64,000 nucleotides of DNA, taken from contig CAVUKB010000007.1 of assembly GCA_963741955.1 (NCBI GenBank), positions 1,088,001 through 1,152,000 on the forward strand, written 5' to 3'. The stretch comes from an uncultured Acidobacteriota bacterium. GTDB taxonomy: Bacteria; Acidobacteriota; Thermoanaerobaculia; Gp7-AA8. How positions within the stretch are numbered: position 1 is the stretch's first letter; each line of letters starts with the position of its first letter. The position numbers and the translations under genes were made by a program. Of the stretch, positions 49,603 to 59,228 are shown piece after piece. The notes under the pieces were generated by a model. That model was not told where the DNA came from. It made no database searches and saw only the letters and a program-made list of their open reading frames with translations.

Positions 49603-50382
49603 TTGAATTCCGTCGTATGCATCACCCAGGTTCCGGACACCGAATCGCGGATCAAGATCGGCGCGGATGGCCGGAAAATCGACGAAACAGGCCTGAAGTT
49701 CATCGTCTCGCCTTACGACGAGTTCGCTCTCGAAGAGGCGATTCGCCTGAAGGAGTCGAAAGGGGGCGACGTCACGGTCATCGCCTTCGGACCGGACCGC
49801 GTTCAGCAGGCTCTTCGCGAGTGCCTGGCCCGCGGCGCGACGAAAGCGATTCACGTCAAAGGCGAGGTCGGCGAGGCCGACTCGCTCGGAATCGCAAAAG
49901 CGCTCGCAGCCGCGATTCGCACCATCCCGTTCGACGCGGTCTTCGTCGGCAAACAGGGAGTCGGCACGGACAACTCTCTGGTCGGCGGAATGCTCGCCGA
50001 GCTGCTCGAGATCCCGCAAATCACCGTCGTCACACACATCGAATGGAGTGACGCGAAACTGACGGCGCACCGGGAGATCGAGGGTGCGGAACACATCATC
50101 GAATCGTCGCTTCCGGCCGTGATCACCGCGCAGAAGGGGCTCAACGAGCCGCGTTATGCGTCCTTGAAGGGGATCATGGCGGCCAAGAAGATTCCGATCG
50201 ACACGAAGACGCTCGCCGATCTCGGCCTGGACGATTCGGACGTTCTCGGCAGCAGGGTTCGATTCATGAAACTGGAGCTTCCTCCCGAGAAGGCGGCCGG
50301 TCGCAAGATCGACGGCGCGGATCCGGAGGCGGCAGCGAAGGAGATCGTCCGCTTCATTCGTGAGGACGCGAAGGTCTTCTGA
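49603..50382 (+). CDS. etfB: electron transfer flavoprotein beta subunit
   Basis: [46 protein letters not shown] start with GGAGG. Confidence 0.93.
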   Translation: MNSVVCITQVPDTESRIKIGADGRKIDETGLKFIVSPYDEFALEEAIRLKESKGGDVTVIAFGPDRVQQALRECLARGATKAIHVKGEVGEADSLGIAKALAAAIRTIPFDAVFVGKQGVGTDNSLVGGMLAELLEIPQITVVTHIEWSDAKLTAHREIEGAEHIIESSLPAVITAQKGLNEPRYASLKGIMAAKKIPIDTKTLADLGLDDSDVLGSRVRFMKLELPPEKAAGRKIDGADPEAAAKEIVRFIREDAKVF

Positions 50383-50418
50383 GATCTCGATCGCACGGAC
50401 GATTCGAGTCGGAGAGTC

Positions 50419-51402
50419 ATGAAAATGGGCAATGTACTGGTCATTTGCGAAATCAAAGACGGGCGGTTGAAGAAAGTGAGCCGCGAAGTTCTCTCCATCG
50501 GCCGGAAGCTCGCGGCCGATGCCGGTGGAGAGCTTCAGGCTTTCGTTGCCGGCGACGACGCGAAACAGGTGGCGGAAGAGGCCGGCAGGTATGGCGCGAA
50601 GAAACTCTTCGTCGCGAGCGGCCCCGCTTACGAGCCGTATTCGACGGAGATGTGGACCGCCGCTCTGAATGCGGCGATCGACTCCACCTCACCGTCGATC
50701 GTCCTGTTCGGGGCCGATGCGGACGGGAAGGATCTCGCTCCCCGCATCGCGGCACGCCGCAATGTGGGCGTGGCATCGGAAGTGACGTCGCTGGAATGGG
50801 CCGGCGGGAAGCTCGTCGCTCAACGGCCGATCTACTCGGGGAAAGTCATCGGAACGGTCGAGGTCGAAGGTGATCCCGCAATGGCGACGTGCCGTCCGAA
50901 TGCGTTCCCTGCCGAGGAGAGCGGCGGCGGCGCGGCCGAAGTGGTCGAGCTCGCAGCACCCGCGGTCGAACCTCGGGCGCGCGTCGTCGAGGTGAGGGCG
51001 CCCGAAGCAGGAGAGCTGTCGATCGCCGAGGCCGACATCATCGTTTCCGGCGGGCGTGGTTTGAAGGAAGCGGACAACTTCTCCTACATCCGTGATCTCG
51101 CGCACGCACTCGGTGGCGCGGTCGGCGCTTCACGGGCAACCGTGGATGCGGGGTGGATCGATCACCAGCATCAGGTCGGACAGACGGGACGCGTGGTCAG
51201 CCCCAACCTTTATCTGGCCATCGGTATCTCCGGAGCGATTCAGCATCTCGCCGGAATGACGTCGTCGAAGCACATCATCGCGATCAACAAGGACGCCGAA
51301 GCGCCGATCTTCCGGGTGGCGGATCTGGGAGTGGTCGGCGATCTGTTCGAGATCGTTCCGAAGCTGACCGAAGAAGTGAAGAAGGCAAAGGCACAGGGGT
51401 AG
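50419..51402 (+). CDS. etfA: electron transfer flavoprotein alpha subunit
   Basis: SGGRG, GASRATVDAGW, QVGQTG, GISGAIQHLAGM, AINKD. Confidence 0.95.
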   Translation: MKMGNVLVICEIKDGRLKKVSREVLSIGRKLAADAGGELQAFVAGDDAKQVAEEAGRYGAKKLFVASGPAYEPYSTEMWTAALNAAIDSTSPSIVLFGADADGKDLAPRIAARRNVGVASEVTSLEWAGGKLVAQRPIYSGKVIGTVEVEGDPAMATCRPNAFPAEESGGGAAEVVELAAPAVEPRARVVEVRAPEAGELSIAEADIIVSGGRGLKEADNFSYIRDLAHALGGAVGASRATVDAGWIDHQHQVGQTGRVVSPNLYLAIGISGAIQHLAGMTSSKHIIAINKDAEAPIFRVADLGVVGDLFEIVPKLTEEVKKAKAQG

Positions 51403-51432
51403 GCCCGGGGCGGATACGATTTGCGCGATTTA

Positions 51433-51644
51433 GCGCGAATTTCGCGATTCTGCAACGGGGCCGGATGTGCCGATTTCGAAACCCGACGCCGGATGGCTTC
51501 GGCCAGACTGCACGTCGGTTCTCGAATCACGCAAATCGCGCAGCTCGATTCAGCCGTAGCGGACCGAGCGCGCTGATTTCGCGACCGCCGCCCTCGCGCT
51601 CCACTCCAGACTCGTCGTCGACTCTCGAATCGCGCAATTCGCGC
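51433..51644. repeat. intergenic element with 18 bp inverted ends between convergent genes
   Basis: GCGCGAATTTCGCGATTC (51433-51450) versus GAATCGCGCAATTCGCGC (51627-51644): 17/18 complementary, with further GATTT/AAATC-GCGC units inside. Confidence 0.5.
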
Positions 51645-51651
51645 CAATGGA

Positions 51652-52818
51652 TTACCCGTGAACCTGCACGGGCCGGGCGCGAAGAGCCTTCTCGATCCGC
51701 ATCAGAAGAACGTCGCGGCTGATCGGCTTCCGCATGAAGTCGGACGCTCCGAGCTCGAGACCTCGAACCTCTGACTCGTCTCCGGCATGCGCAGTCAGGA
51801 GGATGGTCGGCGTGTCGATGCCGTGCTTCCGGATCGCTTCCAGAAGGGTGAGCCCGTCGATGTACGGAAGGCTCACGTCCAGCAGGATGAGATCGTAGCG
51901 GGTGGCGCCGAGCTCGATGAGAGCTTTCGCGCCATCACCCGCAACCGTGACGGAGTACTGTTCCTGCGGAAGAATGGAGCGGATCAGATTCTGGTGGAGG
52001 ACGTTGTCTTCGATCACCAGGACGGAGCGCGCCCGCGGGGGAGCCCCGGCATCCGCCTCATCCTGCGACCCCTCCTCGGTCGACTGTTCGTGCCGCTGGC
52101 GCGCAATCGATTCGAAGAGCTGACGCGTTTCATCCGCGGGCTCGACCCGGAGCTGGCGGCGGAGGACGTCCGCGCACGTCTGGTACTGCTTGATCGCTGA
52201 TTCGGGCCGTCCCTGCTTGACGTAGAGCTGCATCAGGTGACGGTGAACCGATTCCTGGAGAGGATCGCGAGAGAGGAGCTGAAGTGCAGTGATCACGGCG
52301 TCTGCGACGGCGCCTGATTCGGTTTGAATCTCGAGCAGCTCCCTCAGCGCGTGGAGACCGATCTCCCGAAGCGTCTCGCGCTGTTCGTTCAGCCAGTCGT
52401 CGAATCCCGGCTCGTCGATCACGAATCCCTCGAGAAATTCGCCCTTCTGCAGCGCGATCGCATCCTCGATCGATTTGCGGGTTCCTTCACGGATCGACTG
52501 CTGAAACCGGATCACGTCCGCATCGACGCGGTCGGGGTCGATGGAGACCTTGTCCTCGAGGGTGGTGAGAACCGGCTCCTCGCCGCGCAGCGCTTTCCGG
52601 AGGCTGAAGAGAGTCTGGCGGAGGCTCTGGCGGGCCTGTTCAGAGCCACTGAAGCCCCACAGGAGAGCGGCGAGCTTTTCTCTCGTGTAGATCTGACCGG
52701 GACGGACCACGAGGTAGGCGACGAGCGCTTCGGCCTTGCGCGTCGGTAGATGGATCACGTCACCCGAGGCGGTGCGTGCTTCGAAGGAACCGAACAGCTG
52801 GATGGAGATTCTGCCCAT
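51652..52818 (-). CDS. SARP/BTAD transcriptional activator with a C-terminal receiver domain
   Basis: wHTH LPTRKAEALVAYL..REKLAALLW..ARQSLRQTL; BTAD GEFLEG..FDDWL..DPLQESVHRHLMQLY..EPADET; REC IEDN..LLDVSLP..LTA..KP. Confidence 0.88.
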   Translation of the reverse strand: MGRISIQLFGSFEARTASGDVIHLPTRKAEALVAYLVVRPGQIYTREKLAALLWGFSGSEQARQSLRQTLFSLRKALRGEEPVLTTLEDKVSIDPDRVDADVIRFQQSIREGTRKSIEDAIALQKGEFLEGFVIDEPGFDDWLNEQRETLREIGLHALRELLEIQTESGAVADAVITALQLLSRDPLQESVHRHLMQLYVKQGRPESAIKQYQTCADVLRRQLRVEPADETRQLFESIARQRHEQSTEEGSQDEADAGAPPRARSVLVIEDNVLHQNLIRSILPQEQYSVTVAGDGAKALIELGATRYDLILLDVSLPYIDGLTLLEAIRKHGIDTPTILLTAHAGDESEVRGLELGASDFMRKPISRDVLLMRIEKALRARPVQVHG

Positions 52819-52865
52819 CGCGCGGAAACCTGCAAAGAGAGTCTAACATGGAACCAGCGGCGCGC

Positions 52866-52894
52866 TTGACGTATTTTTGACGATATGTTTGACG
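52866..52894. promoter_or_regulatory. three phased TTGACG direct repeats (candidate SARP operator)
   Basis: TTGACG at 52866, 52877 and 52889 (periods 11 and 12 bp) in the divergent promoter region. Confidence 0.55.
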
Positions 52895-53159
52895 CGCGCA
52901 CAACGGTTTGGCGGGCTCGGTGGGTGGGGTGACGGTCATTTCACAGACGCGTTCACGGAGGGCTGTACGGGGAGGGCGTAGCTTGAGGACGATGAAACAG
53001 TCCCGCGAGCAGGAGCCCTCTTCCAGCGTCCGAGAGATGAGTCGCACCGGCTACGGGAAAAATACAGACGCAGGTGAAAAACACGAGGGCGCTTCGCAGA
53101 AGCACCGTCGAAGAACAGAGGGAACCGAGAAGGTCCCAACGAGTCAAAAAGGGGAAGAA

Positions 53160-53672
53160 ATGAAAAACCTGATCATGAAGTCACTCATCGTAGCCCTTGC
53201 AATCACGGCCGTCGCCGCCTTCACGCCGAGCGCGTTCGCGCAGGCTTCGGCCACCGCTTCGGCGAGCGCGAATGCCACCATCGTTCCGGGCCTCACACTC
53301 ACGAAGACCGCCGACCTGAACTTCGGAAACATCGTGCAGGACGCCACGGGTGGTACGGTGAGCGTGCCGACTTCCGGCGCAGAGACGTCGACCGGACCGG
53401 TACTCCTCGGCGTCGCGAATGCTGCCGCGTTCGATGTGACGGGGGACGGGAACCGCACGTTCAGCGTGACGCTGCCGGCGTCGCCGCTCTCGATCAGCGA
53501 CGGCGTGGCCAGTACGATGACGGTGAACAATTTCAAGGACAGCTGCGGTGGAACTTGCACGCTCGCGACGGGCGCCCAATCGTTCACCGTTGGCGCGGAT
53601 CTGATCGTGGGAGCCAGCCAGACAATCGGATCGTATACCGGATCGTTCAACGTCACGGTCGCATACAACTGA
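53160..53672 (+). CDS. DUF4402-like secreted protein 1 (candidate major pilin)
   Basis: Signal peptide ending AFA|Q, ASATASASANATIV extension, ADLNFG, Cys pair, C-terminal GSYTGSFNVTVAYN. Confidence 0.8.
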   Translation: MKNLIMKSLIVALAITAVAAFTPSAFAQASATASASANATIVPGLTLTKTADLNFGNIVQDATGGTVSVPTSGAETSTGPVLLGVANAAAFDVTGDGNRTFSVTLPASPLSISDGVASTMTVNNFKDSCGGTCTLATGAQSFTVGADLIVGASQTIGSYTGSFNVTVAYN

Positions 53673-53733
53673 CGCGATGAAGTCCCGGGGGCGCCGGTGG
53701 AACGGCGTCCCCGATCTTTCACACGAGGATGGA

Positions 53734-54261
53734 ATGATGAGAAGCCAGATCGAACGAGCAGGGAGGGGGGGCGCCACGATCGCAGCGATCGCGCTCGTCT
53801 GTCTGCTGTCTGCCGGTCTGGCCGAGGCCGCCGTCGCCTACATGGCGGTGCAACCTTCCGCGATCTCGATCACCAACGACAGCGCGTTGAATTTCGGGTC
53901 GTTCATCGTAGGGCCATCCGCCGGGACCGTGACCGTTGCGCCCGACGGGACGAGAACGGTCAGCGGCGTGATTCCCATCGCAACCGGGTCGTTCAATGCG
54001 GCGAGCTTCACCGTCACGGTCTCCGGGAGCGGAAATCCGCATTATCTGATCACGATTCCAGCGGGGCTCACCCTCACGGGCCCTGGTGGTGCGACGATGT
54101 CGGTGGACACCTTTCTCAGCAATCCGGCAATCTCGGGGATCGCCAGCCCGCCGGCTCGCCAGGACACACTCGCCATCGGTGCAACGCTGCGCATCAACGC
54201 GAACCAGCAGAGCGGGGCCTACAACGGCGTCTTCCCCGTGACGGTCAATCTCGGGAATTGA
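53734..54261 (+). CDS. DUF4402-like secreted protein 2
   Basis: Signal peptide, SALNFG, GTVTVAPDG, IGATL, C-terminal GAYNGVFPVTVN. Confidence 0.78.
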   Translation: MMRSQIERAGRGGATIAAIALVCLLSAGLAEAAVAYMAVQPSAISITNDSALNFGSFIVGPSAGTVTVAPDGTRTVSGVIPIATGSFNAASFTVTVSGSGNPHYLITIPAGLTLTGPGGATMSVDTFLSNPAISGIASPPARQDTLAIGATLRINANQQSGAYNGVFPVTVNLGN

Positions 54262-54268
54262 GCTGGCG

Positions 54269-54817
54269 ATGAGCGCTCCTCTGAACATTCGGCTGACGTT
54301 CCTCCGGCTCCTGGCGCTCGGGATGGCGACCTCGATGATCGCCGTCTCATCTCCGGCGCAGAGCATCTCGGCCCAGGCAAATGCGACAATCTCCCGAGGG
54401 TTGACCGTCGTGAAGACGGCGGACCTCGATTTCGGCGACATCCTCGCTCCGACAGCCAGCGGGACAGTCACCGTGAGCCCGGCGGGAACTCGCGCTGCAT
54501 CGGGAACCATCGTGCTCGTGGGAGGCACGATCGGCGCTGCAGCGTTCAACGTGAGTGACAGCGGGAAAGGGAATCGTCATTTCTGGGTGGGTCTGCCGGC
54601 GAGCACCACGATCTCGAACGGGGCGAGCTCGATGACGGTGGACACGTTTCAGTCGAATCTGCTCGCGTCGTATCCGCTCTGCGGTTCCGGAGCGCCTCCG
54701 GGTCAATGTCCGACCGCGCCCTACACCATCCAGGTCGGTGCGACCCTCCACGTGAATGCGAACCAGCCTGCCGGAACCTACGTCGGTACGTTCACCATCA
54801 CGACCAACGAGTACTGA
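54269..54817 (+). CDS. DUF4402-like secreted protein 3
   Basis: Signal peptide, SISAQANATIS, ADLDFG, Cys pair, VGATL, C-terminal GTYVGTFTITTNEY. Confidence 0.8.
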   Translation: MSAPLNIRLTFLRLLALGMATSMIAVSSPAQSISAQANATISRGLTVVKTADLDFGDILAPTASGTVTVSPAGTRAASGTIVLVGGTIGAAAFNVSDSGKGNRHFWVGLPASTTISNGASSMTVDTFQSNLLASYPLCGSGAPPGQCPTAPYTIQVGATLHVNANQPAGTYVGTFTITTNEY

Positions 54818-54835
54818 GACGCGTCGCAGAGACTC

Positions 54836-57487
54836 TCACGGCAATTCGAGGGTCAGGTCTGCACCGTCTACGATCGTGCCGTCGCGCCCGATGGTGATCG
54901 CCTTCGGCTTCGGGAGAACGGCATTTTTCCAGATTCCACGCTGGGTCTCCGAGGCACGAAGGTGGTATTCGCCAGGCTCGACCTTCGTGAAATCGAAAAA
55001 GCCGTCGTAGGCGGTGCGGACGGTGAATGCTACGTTTCCCGCTGCATCGACCAGATCGAGCGCGACCCCGGGCGCCTCGCGCGTGGTTCCATTTTGAGTG
55101 ATCCTTACGGTTCCGGTGATCTCCCCGGTGACCATCACCGGAAACTCCACCAGAGTGGTCGTCCCCGCGTGCGGCACGAGTCGTACTCCCTTCACCTTCG
55201 GAACCCAGAGGAGATCCTCGAGGGTGGAGGGAGAGAGACGGATGTCGTGCTCCCTCACCGTCGTCAGTCCGGGAATCACTGCACGTCCGTCGGGGCCGGT
55301 GGTCCAGGGCGAGCTGGTGTCGTCGACGAAGAATCCGGCGCCCGGGATCGGCTCTTCACCCGGGTCCATGTGGCCGTTTCCGTTTCGATCGAGGAACACC
55401 AGGGCAGAAACGGCGCCGAATGCCGCGGAGCCCTGCCGCCGCACGAGCCATGCGCCGGAGCGACCGTCCCGAAGGATGCCAGCGAACAGATTGAGACTCA
55501 CCTCGAATCCCGTTGCTTTGCTCCACTGGGTGTCGACGCCAATGGCGACCGGTCCGCGAATCCGATTGACGTTCATCAGGTATTGGTTCTCCCTCGCGCC
55601 GACCATCCTTCGGACGCCGAACTGGAGAACGTAGTCAGGAATCTGGAGCAAGTCGCTGGTCAGGCTGATCGTATCGAGTCTCCGCCGCGGATCGATGTGA
55701 TACGTCGCCTCTCCGCGAATGCTCGAGCCCCGGAGGGACTGGCTGAGCAGCAGTGATCCGTCAGTCTGTGCATCCTGGAGTGCAGCAGTTCCCGCAGGAA
55801 AGACGCTCACGACACGGTTCGACACGTACAGACGCCGAAACTGACTCGACAGGCCGTTCGAAAGCCGGTAGATGGAACCTCCGGTCGCCAGTCCGTCGCG
55901 CTGCAACTCGAAGGACACCGGAAACGAGACGCCGCCAAGGGCGGGAAACGCATCGAGACGAAGCCTGCTTCGCCGGCGAATCTCGCCGAACAGCGGTCGA
56001 AACACTTCGCTCTCGAATCCGCTTAGTTCAGTATGTTCCAGGATCAGATTCACCGACTGGATCCGCGACTGAAGAATCGCCGTTGTCGCACTCCCTCCCT
56101 TCGAATCGACCGCGAGCGCCCCCTGCGCAAATAGTGTTTTCCAGAACCCGCTCAGACTCGCCTTTCCGTAACTCCGATCCGACCCGTCGTCGAGGCGGGC
56201 TCTCGCGACGGCGAAGCCGGTCGAGATCTGGCGGGTCAGGCCATAGTCCGCCTGCAGGATTCCGCGATGCCCGCCGATGCGAGCATCCTCCGCGGCCAGA
56301 CGGTAATACAACTCCCCCGGCGGCGTGAGTGAGTCGCCGACGTTGAAGCGGGTGTCCCGTTCTTCCACCTGCCCCTGCGGACCGTGGAAGACGAGCCTGA
56401 AGACATTCACTCCGAACAGGAGCGGAACGTCGATGAACTCGTAGAGTCCATCGGGGCGCGATTGCTGGTACCCGACGAGCGCATCGTTCCGGTACAACTC
56501 GACGTCCCACCCCGGCAGCAGTTCCCCGCGAAAGGAATGACGATCGAACTGGTTCTGACGCTCGAGCGGATAGTTGCTGAGCAGAACTCCCGGCCCCGAG
56601 CTTCCGGCGAAGAGGAGCGGATCTCCGGGAGAAAAGATCTCGCCGGCGGCGTACTCCCGTGCGCGGAGCGGGCCGAGGAGTGTGCCCCGCGGATCGGATC
56701 GTCCCAGCGTTCCCCGCGTGTCGGCGAACGGGTCACGATTCGTGCCGGAGAGAAACAGTGACGCATCGTGATCGAGAAACGCTCCGGTGATCAGAGACGT
56801 GAACTGCATCGACTGGGACTGACCCGAAGACGAGCGGAGGCGGAGAGATTGATCGATGAAAGGGCCGTCGAGGAGAGAATATGGCGTCGGGTGCAAGGGG
56901 AGAGGCTGTCCCCGATACCCGAGCGATGCCAGAGTGCGTTCCATGGCCTGAGCACGTTGCTCTTTGATTTGCGAAGGAAGGGGCTCGCGCGGCTTGACGG
57001 TGATCATCGAAGCGTAGAGATCGACATCCAGGTCGACCGGAAGCCATTTCGAGAGAAGTGCAGTGTCGACGTAGATGTCGTCCTGATGGATCTCGACGCG
57101 AGAGCGGTCGAACGTCTGCTCTTTTCCGTTGATGCTGATGGTTCCGGCGCCGACGTCGAGATCGAACCGCCGCGTCTCGTTGATGATGAATCCGGAGGCG
57201 CGTCCCGTGGTGACGTCGACGTCGATTGCGAAACTGAGAAGCTGGGCCACCTGCCCGAGCGGGACGACGATTCCTCCGCCCTTCTCCGAATATGCCGGCA
57301 GAGTATCAGCCAGCGTGTCGTTCCCGAGACGCACCGCCATGAGAAGCAGATCCGTCTCGGGGCGCTGGACGAACCCGGATTGCGGAGAGGCAGTGGCGAC
57401 GGACCCCGTCAGCAGAGCGAAGAAGGCGACCAGGAGCAGGACTCTCTCGAGCCACCGGGACGCGTGACCCCGTTTCTCGAGGAGCAC
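54836..57487 (-). CDS. usher-like outer-membrane assembly protein with C-terminal SdrD-B/carboxypeptidase-regulatory-like Ig domains
   Basis: Signal peptide; plug-like PGWDVELYRN..DGLYEFIDVPLLFGVN..GPQGQ; long amphipathic beta region; VFLDRNGNGHMDPGE; DGFFDF..PGEY. Start is GTG 57487 or the MITE-derived ATG 57502. Confidence 0.72.
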   Translation of the reverse strand: MLLEKRGHASRWLERVLLLVAFFALLTGSVATASPQSGFVQRPETDLLLMAVRLGNDTLADTLPAYSEKGGGIVVPLGQVAQLLSFAIDVDVTTGRASGFIINETRRFDLDVGAGTISINGKEQTFDRSRVEIHQDDIYVDTALLSKWLPVDLDVDLYASMITVKPREPLPSQIKEQRAQAMERTLASLGYRGQPLPLHPTPYSLLDGPFIDQSLRLRSSSGQSQSMQFTSLITGAFLDHDASLFLSGTNRDPFADTRGTLGRSDPRGTLLGPLRAREYAAGEIFSPGDPLLFAGSSGPGVLLSNYPLERQNQFDRHSFRGELLPGWDVELYRNDALVGYQQSRPDGLYEFIDVPLLFGVNVFRLVFHGPQGQVEERDTRFNVGDSLTPPGELYYRLAAEDARIGGHRGILQADYGLTRQISTGFAVARARLDDGSDRSYGKASLSGFWKTLFAQGALAVDSKGGSATTAILQSRIQSVNLILEHTELSGFESEVFRPLFGEIRRRSRLRLDAFPALGGVSFPVSFELQRDGLATGGSIYRLSNGLSSQFRRLYVSNRVVSVFPAGTAALQDAQTDGSLLLSQSLRGSSIRGEATYHIDPRRRLDTISLTSDLLQIPDYVLQFGVRRMVGARENQYLMNVNRIRGPVAIGVDTQWSKATGFEVSLNLFAGILRDGRSGAWLVRRQGSAAFGAVSALVFLDRNGNGHMDPGEEPIPGAGFFVDDTSSPWTTGPDGRAVIPGLTTVREHDIRLSPSTLEDLLWVPKVKGVRLVPHAGTTTLVEFPVMVTGEITGTVRITQNGTTREAPGVALDLVDAAGNVAFTVRTAYDGFFDFTKVEPGEYHLRASETQRGIWKNAVLPKPKAITIGRDGTIVDGADLTLELP

Positions 57488-57492
57488 TGCAC

Positions 57493-57675
57493 TAGCCCGC
57501 ATTTCTCACACCATCTCTGCTGCGGAGCCGGATAGCGGCCTGTCTGCTGCGTTGAGCCCCGCTCCGGCTCCTCGACATAGTCACCACTATGCCTTCGTCG
57601 CCGAAGCGAGGCGCGCCTTGCATCCAGGCCACTCTCCGCCTCCTCGCGACGAGATGGTATGAGAAATGCGGGCTA
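57493..57675 (-). mobile_element. MITE-like element family A, full copy
   Basis: 24/25 bp terminal inverted repeat TAGCCCGCATTTCTCACACCATCTC / GAGATGGTATGAGAAATGCGGGCTA. TA at both ends. No ORF. Confidence 0.82.
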
Positions 57676-58602
57676 CGGTACCTGCAGCTCAGCCTTGGCA
57701 ATCGTTCCCCCGCCCGCCTCTGCCTGCTCCGAATATTCTACGCGCAGGCGTCCGCCGTCGAGTGTGACGTTCTCCGGCGCACGCAGCGGGATGGTGATCC
57801 ACCGGAACGGGTTGGGCGTGTAGACGGCGACGCCATTGAGCACTCCGACCGTCGTGTTTCGCCCGTTCTTTTCGAGCACCACGCGAAGATTTCCGTACAC
57901 CGACTCGTTCCCGGAGCGGTTGATCTTCACCTTGAGGTGCTGCGGCTCTCCGGCGGTCGCACCTTGCTCGACCGACAGATCGGTGATCGACGAATTCACG
58001 GAGAGATCCCCTTCTCGCACGATCACCGGAATGGAGACGCCATACACGGGAATCAAACGGATCTGCAATCCCTTCGGTTTTTCGTCCGAGGCCTCGGGGG
58101 CCACGTCTTCAGTTTTTGGAACGGCGCGGAAAAGGAGGTGGGATCGATACTCGCCGGTTGCAAGATCGGCGGGCTTTCGCACCTGCAGTCGTACCGTCTG
58201 CGCGATGTGCGGCTCGAGAGTGACCTGACGCGGCGAGTAGCGGATCAGTGGAGCGGCGGGCATGTCCTCAGGTTTCGCATCCGCGTACTCCTTCAACCCG
58301 CCGTCGTCCGTCATCCTGAGATTGATGAACGAGATCCGGTAGGTTGCCGTCTCGTTGCCGATGTTCACCAGCGTGACTTCCGCGCTCCGCGTCCTCCCTT
58401 CGAAGATCAGCCGGGTCGGCGCGACCAGAAGATCGCCGACGGCCGACCCGCCGGGAACCCGGGGTTCCGCAGCCCTTTCTGCCACCGGACTCTGGTTCGT
58501 GGGCGACGGCTGCGGGTCCTGTTGGGCGGACGCCGCGAGGGAGATGACGCTGCAGAAGATGGCGGCCTGGACAGCGGCGCGCCGGATACGGCTCACGTGC
58601 AT
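57673..58602 (-). CDS. PapD-like periplasmic pilus chaperone
   Basis: Signal peptide; LLVAPTRLIF..VTLVNIG, YSPRQVTL..QTVRL, EYRSHLLFRAVP, VSIPVIVR, INRSGN. AGGAG RBS. Confidence 0.8.
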   Translation of the reverse strand: MHVSRIRRAAVQAAIFCSVISLAASAQQDPQPSPTNQSPVAERAAEPRVPGGSAVGDLLVAPTRLIFEGRTRSAEVTLVNIGNETATYRISFINLRMTDDGGLKEYADAKPEDMPAAPLIRYSPRQVTLEPHIAQTVRLQVRKPADLATGEYRSHLLFRAVPKTEDVAPEASDEKPKGLQIRLIPVYGVSIPVIVREGDLSVNSSITDLSVEQGATAGEPQHLKVKINRSGNESVYGNLRVVLEKNGRNTTVGVLNGVAVYTPNPFRWITIPLRAPENVTLDGGRLRVEYSEQAEAGGGTIAKAELQVP

Positions 58603-58808
58603 GGGAGCTCCTGGATTCAAGTTCGACCGATGACTTCGGTAATGGGCAACAGATGAGGAATTTGGGCCATTCCGAGCGCCGCGCCGGCCGCCCGCACGTC
58701 GCTCCACGGTCTCGGGTCAAAGTGCGGATCGCGCGGTCGCGACTCACGAGCTATCTCGGATCGTTCGATCTAGACTCCGCGTGGAACCCGGATGGAAGAG
58801 CGCTCCGG

Positions 58809-59228
58809 TCAGAAGTTGTGGATCACGACCAGCAGGAGATCGGAACCGGCATGCGACGGGGGCGCCGATCGCCAGGAGGGGGGGAGATTCATGCGCCACG
58901 AAAGTCTGCGCGCGCCGTCTGCGTCCGGGGAGCTCTCACTGCTCTCGAGCTGTAGCGGTGAATCTTCGAACGTCACGCCTGCGGTCCATCCGGCATTGTG
59001 CTCGAGTGACCCTTCGATCTTGGTCGAGGTTTCGACGTATCCGCGGGTCAGATCGCCCTGGCTGATGCCGATGTTGGGAAGCTCGCCCACCGAATAGCTC
59101 GCCGGGCGGGCGACGATCCGGGCCGACGCGACAGCGGTCGCGGAGGCCGCATGCGCCGCGGGGATCGCCAGCGCTCCGAAAAGGAGGAGGCCCAGCGCCG
59201 TTACCATTCCTCGGATCTGCTGCCGCAT
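58809..59228 (-). CDS. small secreted protein with a pilin-like N-terminal extension
   Basis: Signal peptide ending AHA|A, then ASATAVASARIV. AGGAGG RBS. Confidence 0.6.
   Translation of the reverse strand: MRQQIRGMVTALGLLLFGALAIPAAHAASATAVASARIVARPASYSVGELPNIGISQGDLTRGYVETSTKIEGSLEHNAGWTAGVTFEDSPLQLESSESSPDADGARRLSWRMNLPPSWRSAPPSHAGSDLLLVVIHNF

Noticed and set aside
52960-53159. c-di-GMP riboswitch in the leader of the first DUF4402 gene
   Set aside because: Only loose fragments (GATGAA..GCACCGGC) resemble the class II consensus, and I could not build the required stems or pseudoknot. It needs an Infernal search.
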